64,000 nucleotides of DNA from an uncultured Candidatus Actinomarina sp. GTDB taxonomy: Bacteria > Actinomycetota > Acidimicrobiia > Actinomarinales > Actinomarinaceae. The notes under the pieces were generated by a model, which ran no database searches, was not told the origin of the DNA, and worked only from the letters and a program-made list of their open reading frames with translations. The stretch is taken from positions 64,094 to 128,093 of the forward strand of contig CACDQN010000002.1 in NCBI GenBank assembly GCA_902555055.1, written 5' to 3'. This document shows, in pieces, positions 7,797-17,638 of this stretch. Numbering within the stretch: the first letter of the stretch is position 1; every line of letters starts with the position of its first letter. The position numbers and the translations under genes are program-made.

Positions 7797-9802
7797 TGCA
7801 GATTGAAAAAATTACACGTAAAGGGTATTCAGCATCGTTATCTAAAGATCAGCTGTGGGATATTTATAAATCAATGAAAACCCAAAGGTTACTCGAAGAT
7901 AGATTACTGAAGATGTATAAAGGTGGTCAATTAAGTGGAGCGGTATATCCAGGTATTGGACAAGAGGCCTCAATGGCTGGAATAGCAGCTGGAATGAATG
8001 AAAAAGACATTTTCGGAGGTACACATAGAGATCTTGGAGTACAAATTAAAAAGGGAGTAACTCTTAAAGAAATTGCACTGAATTTTTTCGGTAAACATGA
8101 TGGACCATCAAAAGGTAGAGATGGAAATAGCCACTTCGGTGTTGTTGATAAAGGAACTTTAATGGTTGTCTCTCCTTTGCCTGATTCAGCACCAGTTGCT
8201 GTAGGCTGGGCACTTGCCTCTCAACAAAGTGGATCTGGTGTTGTCGCTGTGGCAAACTGTGGTGAAGGAGCAACAGCTACTGGAACTTGGCACGAAAGCA
8301 TCAACATGGCAGGTGTATTAAATCTTCCAGTTGTATTTACTGTTCAAAATAATCAATTTGCTTACTCTTCACCAAATGAAACTGAGTTTGGTACTCCAAA
8401 TGTTGCTGACCGAGCAGCCGGTTATGGAATACCGGCAAAAATTATTGATGGAAATGATATTTATGAAGTTATTGATGTCATGCATGAAGCATGCGAAAGT
8501 GCACGAGAAGGAAATGGGCCATCTTTAATTGAATTAGTAACGTTTAGACATTATGGTCATGCTGGTCATGATCCTGCTGAATATGTAAATGAAGAAGTTA
8601 GAGACTTTTGGATGAAGAGGGACCCAATTGCCAGATTTGAAGACTCCTTGGTTGAGGAAGGTTTATTTTCAACCGAACAGTTTGTAAGCTTAGCTGAAGA
8701 TTTAGAAGCTGAAATAAGAGAAGCTTTAGAGTGGGCTAAAACTCAAGACGACCCTGATCCTATTAATGAAGTCGAAGATATGTTTGCTGACAGAACAACT
8801 CCAACTATTTCTAATGATGAAACTAATACAAAAACAATGAATTATATAGAGGCTATAACAAATGGATTAGATGAGTTGATGGAAAATGATGAAAATGTAT
8901 TCATGATGGGCGAAGATATAGGAGTTTTTGAAGGTGCATTTAAGGCAACAAAAGGTTTGTTTAATAAATATGGGCCTTTCAGAGTTATTGATACATCAAT
9001 TTCTGAAGGAGGGTTTACGGGTGCTGCTGTCGGAGCAGCTCTTGCTGGTAAAAAGCCAATAGTTGAATTACAATTTTATGATTTTGTATATCCTGCTCTT
9101 GACCAGATTACAACTGAAGCTGCTAAGTACTACTGGAAAGCTGGTAAATCTGTACCAATGGTTGTTCGAGGCCCTACTGGTGCTGGAACTCGATCTGGAC
9201 CCTTTCACTCTATCAGTCCAGAGTCGTTACTGGCACATCATCCAGGTATAAGAGTTGTTGCTCCATCTAATCCATATGATGCAAAAGGACTTTTGGTTGC
9301 AGCTGTTAATGACCCTAATCCAGTAATGTACTTAGAACACAAAAAGCTTTATAGAAAACCTGATTTGAAAATGGAGGTTCCACTGGGTCTTTATGAAGTA
9401 GAGATTGGTAAAGGAAAAGTAGTTAGACAAGGTACAGATATAACATTGGTTACTTGGTCTGGAATGGTGCCTGTTGCTAATGAGGCTGCTGAAGTTATCT
9501 CGAAAGAAAATATTTCAGTTGAAGTAATTGATATAAGAACAATTGTTCCACTTGATGAGGAAATAATTTTAAACTCTGTCGAAAAAACATCTAATTTGTG
9601 CATCTTGCAAGAGGATGTACCATTTTCATCAATTGCTTCTGAAATTTCTTCAGTAGTCGCTGAAAAAGGTTTTTGGAATCTTGATAACCCAATACTTAAG
9701 GTAACTCCTCCAAATACTCATATACCTTTTGCACCTGTTTTAGAAGATGCATTTATTCCTAGTGTTGAAAAAGTAGTAAAAGCCCTGAAGGAATTACAAT
9801 AA
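7796..9802 (+). CDS. 2-oxoacid (pyruvate/branched-chain) dehydrogenase E1 component, fused alpha-beta subunits
   Basis: 668 aa. The N-terminal half is the TPP-binding E1 alpha (GIGQEA, ANCGEGATATG, VQNNQFAYS). The C-terminal half, from MNYIEAITNGLDE, is E1 beta (FMMGEDIG, IVELQFYDF). A linker of about 17 aa lies at about nt 8786-8836. Confidence 0.9.
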   Translation: MQIEKITRKGYSASLSKDQLWDIYKSMKTQRLLEDRLLKMYKGGQLSGAVYPGIGQEASMAGIAAGMNEKDIFGGTHRDLGVQIKKGVTLKEIALNFFGKHDGPSKGRDGNSHFGVVDKGTLMVVSPLPDSAPVAVGWALASQQSGSGVVAVANCGEGATATGTWHESINMAGVLNLPVVFTVQNNQFAYSSPNETEFGTPNVADRAAGYGIPAKIIDGNDIYEVIDVMHEACESAREGNGPSLIELVTFRHYGHAGHDPAEYVNEEVRDFWMKRDPIARFEDSLVEEGLFSTEQFVSLAEDLEAEIREALEWAKTQDDPDPINEVEDMFADRTTPTISNDETNTKTMNYIEAITNGLDELMENDENVFMMGEDIGVFEGAFKATKGLFNKYGPFRVIDTSISEGGFTGAAVGAALAGKKPIVELQFYDFVYPALDQITTEAAKYYWKAGKSVPMVVRGPTGAGTRSGPFHSISPESLLAHHPGIRVVAPSNPYDAKGLLVAAVNDPNPVMYLEHKKLYRKPDLKMEVPLGLYEVEIGKGKVVRQGTDITLVTWSGMVPVANEAAEVISKENISVEVIDIRTIVPLDEEIILNSVEKTSNLCILQEDVPFSSIASEISSVVAEKGFWNLDNPILKVTPPNTHIPFAPVLEDAFIPSVEKVVKALKELQ

Positions 9803-9806
9803 AGTA

Positions 9807-11084
9807 ATGAGTCAAATAGTGACAATGCCACAGCTTGGCGAAACAGTAACAGAAGGCACAATTCTTCGTTGGCTAGTTAAGGTCGGAGACGAAGTTAAGG
9901 AAGATGATCCAATATTGGAAATCTCTACTGACAAAGTTGATACAGAAGTACCCTCACCATTTAACGGAACAGTCAGTAATTTACTAGTAGAAGAAGGTGA
10001 AACTGTAGAAGTAGGAGCTTCTCTTCTTGAATTGGATGGAGATAAAACAAAAACAAATGACACCCCTCTTAAAGAAGAGCCAAAAGAAGATAATATTCAA
10101 GATCCAAATCCTGATGTTGACGAGGTACAAAATCCTAATATTGTAAAGACACCTAAGGAGAAACAAAATCTTCAATTATCACCAGTTGTCAGAAAACTTG
10201 CCTCTGAACACAATATAGATCTTGAAAAAGTTCAGGGCACTGGTAAAAACGGAAGGATTAAAAGACAAGATATTGAAAAAATTATTTCATCAGGTCAGGG
10301 TGTAATCTCAACAGAAAAGATTGATGAACAGCTCCCACAGGAAAAAGAGAAAGCAACATTAACTAAAGAGTCTTCAAATAGCATTTCAAGACTTAGGAAA
10401 AGAATTGCTGAAAACATGGTTATGTCAAAGCAAACTTCTGCACATGTGATGACTTCTATTGAGGTAGATTTTGAGAATATTGAAATTGTAAGAGCAAAAC
10501 ATAAAGCAAAATTTAAGGAAGAAAATGGCTTTTCACTAACTTATCTTCCTTTTATCTCTCTTGCTACAATTTCGGCATTGAGGGAGTACTCCGTAGTAAA
10601 TAGTTCTTTTGATTTAGAAAATGGTATTCACGAAATTCATAATCATATCAACCTAGGAATTGCTGTTGACTTAAATCAAGAGGGATTATTGGTTGGAACC
10701 CTGCAAGAGGCTGATTCGTTTAATTTAAAAGGAATAGCCAGAAAGATTTCTGAGACTTCCAAATTATTAAGAGATGGAAAATATGGTTTAGATGATGTAA
10801 GTGGAAGTACTTTTACTGTATCTAACAATGGTTCATTTAATTCATTTTTAACATCCCCAATAATTAATCAACCAAATGTTGCAATCCTTTCAACAGAATC
10901 AGTTAAGAAACGACCAGTTGTTGTTCAAGCACAAGATGGATCCGATTCTATAGCAATAAGACACACTGGTATTTTGAGTATTACATGGGACCATAGGGTA
11001 TTTGATGGTTCTGTAGCGTTATTATTTCTTAATTTTATTAAGGAAAGGTTAGAGAATACTGACTGGTCACAGGAATTAGATTGA
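9807..11084 (+). CDS. Dihydrolipoamide acyltransferase (E2)
   Basis: 425 aa. Lipoyl domain with EISTDKVDTEVPSP, E3-binding domain SPVVRKLASEHNIDL, catalytic DHRVFDG. Confidence 0.9.
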   Translation: MSQIVTMPQLGETVTEGTILRWLVKVGDEVKEDDPILEISTDKVDTEVPSPFNGTVSNLLVEEGETVEVGASLLELDGDKTKTNDTPLKEEPKEDNIQDPNPDVDEVQNPNIVKTPKEKQNLQLSPVVRKLASEHNIDLEKVQGTGKNGRIKRQDIEKIISSGQGVISTEKIDEQLPQEKEKATLTKESSNSISRLRKRIAENMVMSKQTSAHVMTSIEVDFENIEIVRAKHKAKFKEENGFSLTYLPFISLATISALREYSVVNSSFDLENGIHEIHNHINLGIAVDLNQEGLLVGTLQEADSFNLKGIARKISETSKLLRDGKYGLDDVSGSTFTVSNNGSFNSFLTSPIINQPNVAILSTESVKKRPVVVQAQDGSDSIAIRHTGILSITWDHRVFDGSVALLFLNFIKERLENTDWSQELD

Positions 11085-12709
11085 GAAATCTTAATATTCG
11101 TTGGCTTGGAAAATTACCTTATTCGGAAGCTTACGACCTTCAGTTAGGAATTCATAGATCAGTTTCACAAAATAATAGTAATGATGATTATTTATTGCTT
11201 CTTGAGCATGATGGGGTTATAACTTCAGGACGTTCTGCAAACAAGAATAATTTACTAGTTTCTGAAGAAGAGCTAAATAATAGAGGAATAGATTTTTTTG
11301 AAACTGATAGGGGAGGAGACATTACCTATCATGGTGAAGGTCAATTAATTGGTTATCCAATCGTTAGACTTTCTGATCCAAAAAAAATACTGCCCTTTGT
11401 GAGGTCATTAGAAAATGTAATCATTGATACTCTAAATGAATTTTCTATAGATTCTTTTACTAAAGAAGACGATACAGGTGTTTGGACCTCTGTTGGCAAA
11501 ATTGCTTCGATTGGAATTAAGGTTAGTAAATGGACTACTTATCATGGTTTTTCATTAAATATTTTTGACAATCTTGAAGGTTTTAATTTGATAAACCCAT
11601 GCGGTAATGAATCTGAACAAATGAGTTCCATTCATCAATTTAATAATCAAATTTCTTTTGAAGATGTATCAAGTGTAATTTCTAAAAATTTTGAGAATAT
11701 TTTCAATTATGAAAAAATAGATAAACAGTTTTCTCAATTTACTCCTAAACAATTGAAGACAACTAAAGAATTCAATATTGATGAAATGGTTAAAAGGGGA
11801 GTGTTTAAACCCAATAAAAATATTATTCCAATAACAATTAAGGGAGTCTTGCCAAATGAACCTAAAAGGCCTGAATGGATGAAGGTTAAAGCAAACTTAG
11901 GAAATGATTACATCAATTTGAAAAACTTATTAAGCGAGAAAAAATTAAATACAGTATGTGAAGAAGCTTCGTGCCCAAATATATATGAATGCTGGTCAAT
12001 GGGAACTGCAACATTTATGATAATGGGTGATGTTTGCACACGAGCTTGTGGCTTCTGTGATGTTAAAACTGGTAAGCCGGGTCAACTTGATTTAGATGAA
12101 CCAAGCAGGGTTGCAGAAAGTGTAAAAGCTATGCAGTTGTCACATGCTGTTATTACTTCCGTTAATAGAGATGACCTTGATGATGGAGGGTCATTGTTTT
12201 TTGCAGATACAATTCGCGCTGTAAAAGAATTAAATGAAAAATGTAATGTTGAAGTCTTGGTTCCAGATTTTAAAGGATTGAGGTCAGCAATAGACAATAT
12301 TCTTTTTGCTGCTCCTGAGGTATTTAATCATAATTTAGAAACTGTACCGAGACTACAAAGGGAAATAAGAACCGCGGCGTCTTATGGAAGGTCATTGTCT
12401 CTTCTCGAATATGTCAAGCAGCAAGGGTTTATGGGGAAAACAAAAACCGGATTAATTGTTGGAATGGGTGAAACTAAAGATGAAGTTATCTCAGTTTTGA
12501 AAGACCTATCTAAAATCGATATTGATATTGTTACTATAGGTCAATATTTAAGACCAACAGCAAAACATAGACCAATTGATAGATACGCACCAATTGAAGA
12601 ATTTGAAGATTATAAATTACTTGGTGAGTCATTCGGCATACCACATGTTGAATCCGGTCCACTAGTAAGATCTTCATATCATGCAAAAGATTCTTTTGCG
12701 TCTGCCTAG
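11081..12709 (+). CDS. lipB-lipA: Bifunctional octanoyltransferase LipB / lipoyl synthase LipA (single fused ORF)
   Basis: 542 aa, TTG start overlapping the E2 stop. LipB part (aa 1 to about 212): GGDITYHGEGQLIGYP, KIASIGIKV, NPCG. LipA part (aa about 263-542): CEEASCPNIYEC, CTRACGFC, RSSYHA. No stop or frame change between the two parts. Confidence 0.9.
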   Translation: MRNLNIRWLGKLPYSEAYDLQLGIHRSVSQNNSNDDYLLLLEHDGVITSGRSANKNNLLVSEEELNNRGIDFFETDRGGDITYHGEGQLIGYPIVRLSDPKKILPFVRSLENVIIDTLNEFSIDSFTKEDDTGVWTSVGKIASIGIKVSKWTTYHGFSLNIFDNLEGFNLINPCGNESEQMSSIHQFNNQISFEDVSSVISKNFENIFNYEKIDKQFSQFTPKQLKTTKEFNIDEMVKRGVFKPNKNIIPITIKGVLPNEPKRPEWMKVKANLGNDYINLKNLLSEKKLNTVCEEASCPNIYECWSMGTATFMIMGDVCTRACGFCDVKTGKPGQLDLDEPSRVAESVKAMQLSHAVITSVNRDDLDDGGSLFFADTIRAVKELNEKCNVEVLVPDFKGLRSAIDNILFAAPEVFNHNLETVPRLQREIRTAASYGRSLSLLEYVKQQGFMGKTKTGLIVGMGETKDEVISVLKDLSKIDIDIVTIGQYLRPTAKHRPIDRYAPIEEFEDYKLLGESFGIPHVESGPLVRSSYHAKDSFASA

Positions 12710-12728
12710 ATTCTTATATACTTAATCT

Positions 12729-14642
12729 GTGTTTGATAAAGTAACTAAATCCATTAGAGTCCTTTCAGCTTCATCTGTCGAGAAAGCAAATTCTGGACAC
12801 CCGGGTATGCCTTTAGGAATGGCAGATGTAGGAACTGTATTATTCAAAAACTTTTTAAAAATTTCTAATAGAAATCCTAACTGGATAAATAGAGATCGAT
12901 TTGTTCTTAGTGCTGGACATGGGTCAGCATTGCTTTATAGCTTACTGCATTTCAATGGTTTTAATATTTCTGTTGATGACATGAAGAATTTTAGACAATT
13001 AAATTCTAAGACTGCTGGCCACCCTGAGCTAGATGTAGATATTGGAATTGATATAACAACTGGACCTTTAGGACAGGGTTTTGCAACAGGAGTTGGTCTT
13101 GCACTTGCAGAGACATATTTATCAGATATTTTTGGAAATGAAATTATAGATCATTATGTATATGGAATAGTTTCCGATGGTGATTTAATGGAGGGGGTTT
13201 CATTTGAAGCTGCTGAATTGGCAGGTCTTTGGAAATTAGGAAAATTAATTTATATTTTTGACGATAACAATATATCTATTGATGGGAATGTAGAAAAAGT
13301 ATCAGTCACTGATCAAAGTGCAAAATTTCAATCTCTTGGTTGGCATGTTCAAGAAATAGATGGACACGATGAAAATCAGATTATTAATGCTGTCAAGGAC
13401 GCTCGAGATAACACCTCAAAACCATCTTTAATAATAGCTAAAAGCACTATCGGAAAGCATTCTCCTAATAAGCAAAATACTAGCGGAGTACATGGTTCAC
13501 CTCTAGGTAGCGATGAAATGGAACAATTCCTAGAAAACTTAGATTGGACAAGGGATGCATTTGATCACTCTCAAGAAATTTACGATTACTTCAATGAAAA
13601 AAGAGACATTGATAATGACAAACATGACGAGTGGGTATCTTTACTTGAAGAAAAGATAAAAACTAATGATGATTTTGCTATTTTATGGAATGAATTTAAT
13701 AATAAAAAAATTGAATTTAGCCATTCACAAAAGTATGACAGAAAAGCAACAAGGGTGACGGGAAGTGAGGTTTTAAAATCCATAGGAGAATCAAATAGAT
13801 TCATACTTGGAGGATCCGCAGACCTTGCTGCTTCTACTAAACAAATAATCTCAAATTCAATTTATTCACATCAAAACAGAAGTGGACAGTCAATTGAATT
13901 TGGAATTCGAGAACATGCAATGGCAGCAGTTGTAAATGGGATTACTTTACACAGTAATTTAATTAGTTATGGGTCAACATTTCTAGTATTTTCAGATTAT
14001 ATGAGACCTAGCATAAGACTGGCATCTCTAATGAATCTTAATTCTGTTTATATCTTTACTCATGATTCAATTTATCTTGGTGAAGACGGTCCCACTCATC
14101 AACCTGTTGAACACCTAATGTCTTTAAGACTCATACCGGGAGTAGATGTTGTTAGACCAGCAAATAGCATAGAGGTACAGTATGCTTATCAATATATTTT
14201 TACTAAAAGCAACAACCCTAAATCCCTTGTTTTGACACGACAGTCGTTAGATTATGTTGAAACTAACTTGAGCTATAAAAATTTTCAAGAGGGCGCATAT
14301 GAGTTAATCAAAGGAGATGATATTACAATATTCGCTTCTGGTTCAGAAGTAAGTTTAGCAATTGAAGTATCCAAGAAGCTAAAAAATAAATCTGTACAAA
14401 TTATTAGTACTCCTATCTTGAATCAAGTTAATACTGATACTCTTACAAATTTAAAAATAAATGAGTTTGTATTTACTCTTGAACTTGGTCGCTCTATTGG
14501 ATGGCAAGATTATATTGGTAAAGTAACAGAAAGCTTTAGTATAGAAACCTTTGGAAAGTCGGCTCCTCAAGAGGATTTAACAAACTATTTTGAATTTAGC
14601 GCAGAAAAAATAGCTGAAAAAATTTTACAGCATATAAGCTAA
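12729..14642 (+). CDS. tkt: Transketolase
   Basis: 637 aa, GTG start. SGHPGMPLGMADV, GDLMEGVS, THDSIYLGEDGPTHQPVEH. Confidence 0.95.
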   Translation: MFDKVTKSIRVLSASSVEKANSGHPGMPLGMADVGTVLFKNFLKISNRNPNWINRDRFVLSAGHGSALLYSLLHFNGFNISVDDMKNFRQLNSKTAGHPELDVDIGIDITTGPLGQGFATGVGLALAETYLSDIFGNEIIDHYVYGIVSDGDLMEGVSFEAAELAGLWKLGKLIYIFDDNNISIDGNVEKVSVTDQSAKFQSLGWHVQEIDGHDENQIINAVKDARDNTSKPSLIIAKSTIGKHSPNKQNTSGVHGSPLGSDEMEQFLENLDWTRDAFDHSQEIYDYFNEKRDIDNDKHDEWVSLLEEKIKTNDDFAILWNEFNNKKIEFSHSQKYDRKATRVTGSEVLKSIGESNRFILGGSADLAASTKQIISNSIYSHQNRSGQSIEFGIREHAMAAVVNGITLHSNLISYGSTFLVFSDYMRPSIRLASLMNLNSVYIFTHDSIYLGEDGPTHQPVEHLMSLRLIPGVDVVRPANSIEVQYAYQYIFTKSNNPKSLVLTRQSLDYVETNLSYKNFQEGAYELIKGDDITIFASGSEVSLAIEVSKKLKNKSVQIISTPILNQVNTDTLTNLKINEFVFTLELGRSIGWQDYIGKVTESFSIETFGKSAPQEDLTNYFEFSAEKIAEKILQHIS

Positions 14643-17608
14643 CAACCTGTGTAAGATTTCATTTCTGATTTTGTTCTGTTTCCAGCAACACCATCTGGAA
14701 TTAACCCAACTTTACGCTGGAAAGCTTTTATAGCTTCTTTAGTATATGACCCAATTTCTCCATCTATGATTCCAGGATTGAAACCATTATTAGCTAGATA
14801 GGTTTGGATGTCTGCAACAGAATCTAGTTTTGCATTTGAGTTATCTCTAGCAATACATACATTTTGACTATTACATCCTGTATACGCTCTCATCGCATTT
14901 TTAGTTTTATTTCCAACTATCCCATCAGCGAGCAAATTATTTTCTTTTTGAAACTCTATAACTGCATTTTTAGTTTTTGGCCCTGTTTGTCCATCAATAG
15001 GTCCAGGATTGAAACCATTATTACCAAGAAACTGTTGGACATCTAATACAGAATTTATCACCAAGTTTGTATTATCTCTTGGTACACAAGCATCATTTCC
15101 TGCATTAGGATTTGCAACAGCAGTAGCACTAGCCTCCACAACTTCCGAACCATTTGCAGTCCAGCCGGCTTGGAAGTTATTAGATGCAAATAAGTCACTT
15201 GATATTAATGATTTTCCTACCATTTGATTAACTATGTAAGCAACTTCTCCAACAGAAATATTTCTACTGGGGCAAAACTTGTCTTGAATGGAACTACAAG
15301 AAGGAATTACATCATTGGCAGCGAGTATATTAATTTCATTAGTCCATTTACTTGCTCCTTCATCAGAATATTTGTCTATTGAACCAGATAATTCAGTAGT
15401 TGATCCTGCTTTGATTGATTTTATGACCATACAAGCAAATTGATCTCTAGCTACAGTTTCAGTTGGCTGAAATTGAAAAGGGCTTCCAATACAAACTTGA
15501 CTACCATAATAGGGAATTGCGTTTATTGCTTTTTGATAAATACTTTGGTCATCATCACTATAAGCATTAGGTGCATCTAAAGAAACACCTCCAATTGTTG
15601 CAACGATTGCTGCCGCTTCTTCCCTTGTTAAGGTTTTAGCCTGGCAGGCTGATGAAGTTTCATTACACTGGTCTAATAATCCGGCTCCAGATAGTAGATT
15701 TAAGCCTGCAGTTGAAGTAGCATACTGAGCTACATCTCCTGTAGATGTAGAAGATGATGTACCAGTGGAAGAAGATACGGTCGAGTTATTTACCGTGATA
15801 GGACCAATAGAAAGATTCGATATATCAGATTGACTGGAAGTTTTAAAATAATGTGAAGTAAATCCCAACTGAGATTTAATATTTCTTCCCGATTTCGTAA
15901 CTGTTCTTGATGAGCCGTTTTTAAAACCCTTCATCGTGACTTCAATAGCAGCACCTGACTCAGCAACAGATGAAACATAAATATCAGTTATTGAATCAAA
16001 ACAAGGCGTATCACCACATAGAATATTTTTCGACAGTTGATAACCAGAGAAATCATAAGACCAAGCAGCTTTGCTATTACCAACCCTGTTGTCTACTGAC
16101 CATGGGTCATCTACAGTTTGAAGGTAGGGCCATACTGTTGCTGACCCAAAGCCTACAGCATTATTGTTTGTTTTCCCTCCAGTTGAGGAAGAATAAAAAG
16201 CTTGAACTACAGAGCTTTGTGTATACCCACCATCATAAGTTATGACTTTACCCGAAGTGTTATTGACGGCCTGTACCCAGTTAGGACCTGCTATTTCTTT
16301 GAGGTATCCATAATAATATTGACTTGATGCAGTTGATCCAATATGACACCAGCAATAAGCTTGTCTTGATGTTGACAGTCCTGCATCTAAGGAAGTCGAT
16401 TGAGAAGGAATATTTTGTTTTAAGTATTGGTACACAGCATAACTTCTTCCAACTAAAGCCTGTGCCTCAAGGGCTTTAACATTCCAGTGAGAAGGCATTT
16501 CAGCTAAGCCGTATAAATACTTTTCAATGTTTACAGACAACGATACATGAAAACCCGAAGAAACATTTTTTGATCTTAATTTTAAAACTCCGTGTTTATG
16601 TTCACGTGGACCAACCCTTATTCTTCCACCTTCAGACCAACTAATTCCAATGTTGCAACTTGCTGTTGATCTATTCACTAATGGATGTCCATTAAAATAA
16701 CATCCATTTCCATTTGAAATGATATTTATAGTTGCACCACCACTAATTTTTAAAGGCCCGAATACGGATTCACATGGCCCATCAGAAGCTGCTTCAGATT
16801 TAATTTTATTAAGTGTATCAGAATCAATACTTCCTGATTGTGAAATCCCAACTGATGCTTGATAGTTTTTTAATGCATTTGAAGTTTTGTCACCAAATGC
16901 TCCATCTACAGGTCCAGGTTCAAATCCCCTTGAAGTTAAGAACACTTGGACACCCGCTGTATCTGAAAGTCCATCTTGGCAGATTGATAGCATAGGTGGG
17001 CTTGATGAAGGGAGAGTTGTTAGGTTTATACTTTTAGCATTTCTTGCTAAGCCGACCCAAAGGGCGTTACTATCTGTAGCTATTTCAGGTGAGGACAAAC
17101 TGATTTCAGATAAATTATTAACGTCAGTGTCTGTAAAATAATAGTCCACAACCTCAGTTGATGTACATGAGCTGGTATTACTACAAAAACTTGCACCAAG
17201 TTCTGTTAATCCTTTAGCTCCATATTGACTGAGCCCTACTCCATGCCCCCAGCCACTACCCGTAAAAGTAAATGAAGTTGTACTGAAAGCTCTCATAGCT
17301 TGTTTAGTTGCAGGTCCAACGACTCCATCAGCAGAGAGCCCAACTGTTTTCTGAAAGCTAATTATTGCATTATCAGTTCTTGAACCCCGGAGTCCATCTA
17401 TTGGACCAGGATTAAATCCATTACAGCTCAAGAAGGTTTGAATATCTAAAAGGTTATCTAGAGGAGCAACAGCATTATCTAAACATCTTAACTGAGCATC
17501 ATATTTTATTTCAATAGCACTTGCTTTTTGACTTGATCCTGAAAAGGGTATGAAAAAAATGAGAAATAAAAAAAATAATATAACATTTTTAAAATATCCC
17601 TGTTTCAT
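14639..17608 (-). CDS. Secreted SpoIID/LytB-domain cell-wall protein with four peptidoglycan-binding repeats and SLH-like repeats
   Basis: 989 aa with a signal peptide. SpoIID-type motifs GSGWGHGVGLSQYGAKG, ALEAQALVGRSYAV, FYSSSTGGKT. Four PG_binding_1-like repeats (GFNPGPIDG...DG(V/I)VG..T). Two SLH-like segments between the SpoIID-type region and the two C-terminal PG-binding repeats. Confidence 0.75.
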   Translation of the reverse strand: MKQGYFKNVILFFLFLIFFIPFSGSSQKASAIEIKYDAQLRCLDNAVAPLDNLLDIQTFLSCNGFNPGPIDGLRGSRTDNAIISFQKTVGLSADGVVGPATKQAMRAFSTTSFTFTGSGWGHGVGLSQYGAKGLTELGASFCSNTSSCTSTEVVDYYFTDTDVNNLSEISLSSPEIATDSNALWVGLARNAKSINLTTLPSSSPPMLSICQDGLSDTAGVQVFLTSRGFEPGPVDGAFGDKTSNALKNYQASVGISQSGSIDSDTLNKIKSEAASDGPCESVFGPLKISGGATINIISNGNGCYFNGHPLVNRSTASCNIGISWSEGGRIRVGPREHKHGVLKLRSKNVSSGFHVSLSVNIEKYLYGLAEMPSHWNVKALEAQALVGRSYAVYQYLKQNIPSQSTSLDAGLSTSRQAYCWCHIGSTASSQYYYGYLKEIAGPNWVQAVNNTSGKVITYDGGYTQSSVVQAFYSSSTGGKTNNNAVGFGSATVWPYLQTVDDPWSVDNRVGNSKAAWSYDFSGYQLSKNILCGDTPCFDSITDIYVSSVAESGAAIEVTMKGFKNGSSRTVTKSGRNIKSQLGFTSHYFKTSSQSDISNLSIGPITVNNSTVSSSTGTSSSTSTGDVAQYATSTAGLNLLSGAGLLDQCNETSSACQAKTLTREEAAAIVATIGGVSLDAPNAYSDDDQSIYQKAINAIPYYGSQVCIGSPFQFQPTETVARDQFACMVIKSIKAGSTTELSGSIDKYSDEGASKWTNEINILAANDVIPSCSSIQDKFCPSRNISVGEVAYIVNQMVGKSLISSDLFASNNFQAGWTANGSEVVEASATAVANPNAGNDACVPRDNTNLVINSVLDVQQFLGNNGFNPGPIDGQTGPKTKNAVIEFQKENNLLADGIVGNKTKNAMRAYTGCNSQNVCIARDNSNAKLDSVADIQTYLANNGFNPGIIDGEIGSYTKEAIKAFQRKVGLIPDGVAGNRTKSEMKSYTGC

Positions 17609-17638
17609 GTAATCATTTTATATAAATTGGAAAATATT

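Noticed and set aside
14639-17608. Idea that the SpoIID domain is circularly permuted, because the GHGVG motif lies N-terminal to the ALEAQA/SSTGG motifs.
   Set aside because: I cannot recall the canonical motif order in the SpoIID/LytB family with enough certainty. A domain alignment is needed before making any such claim.
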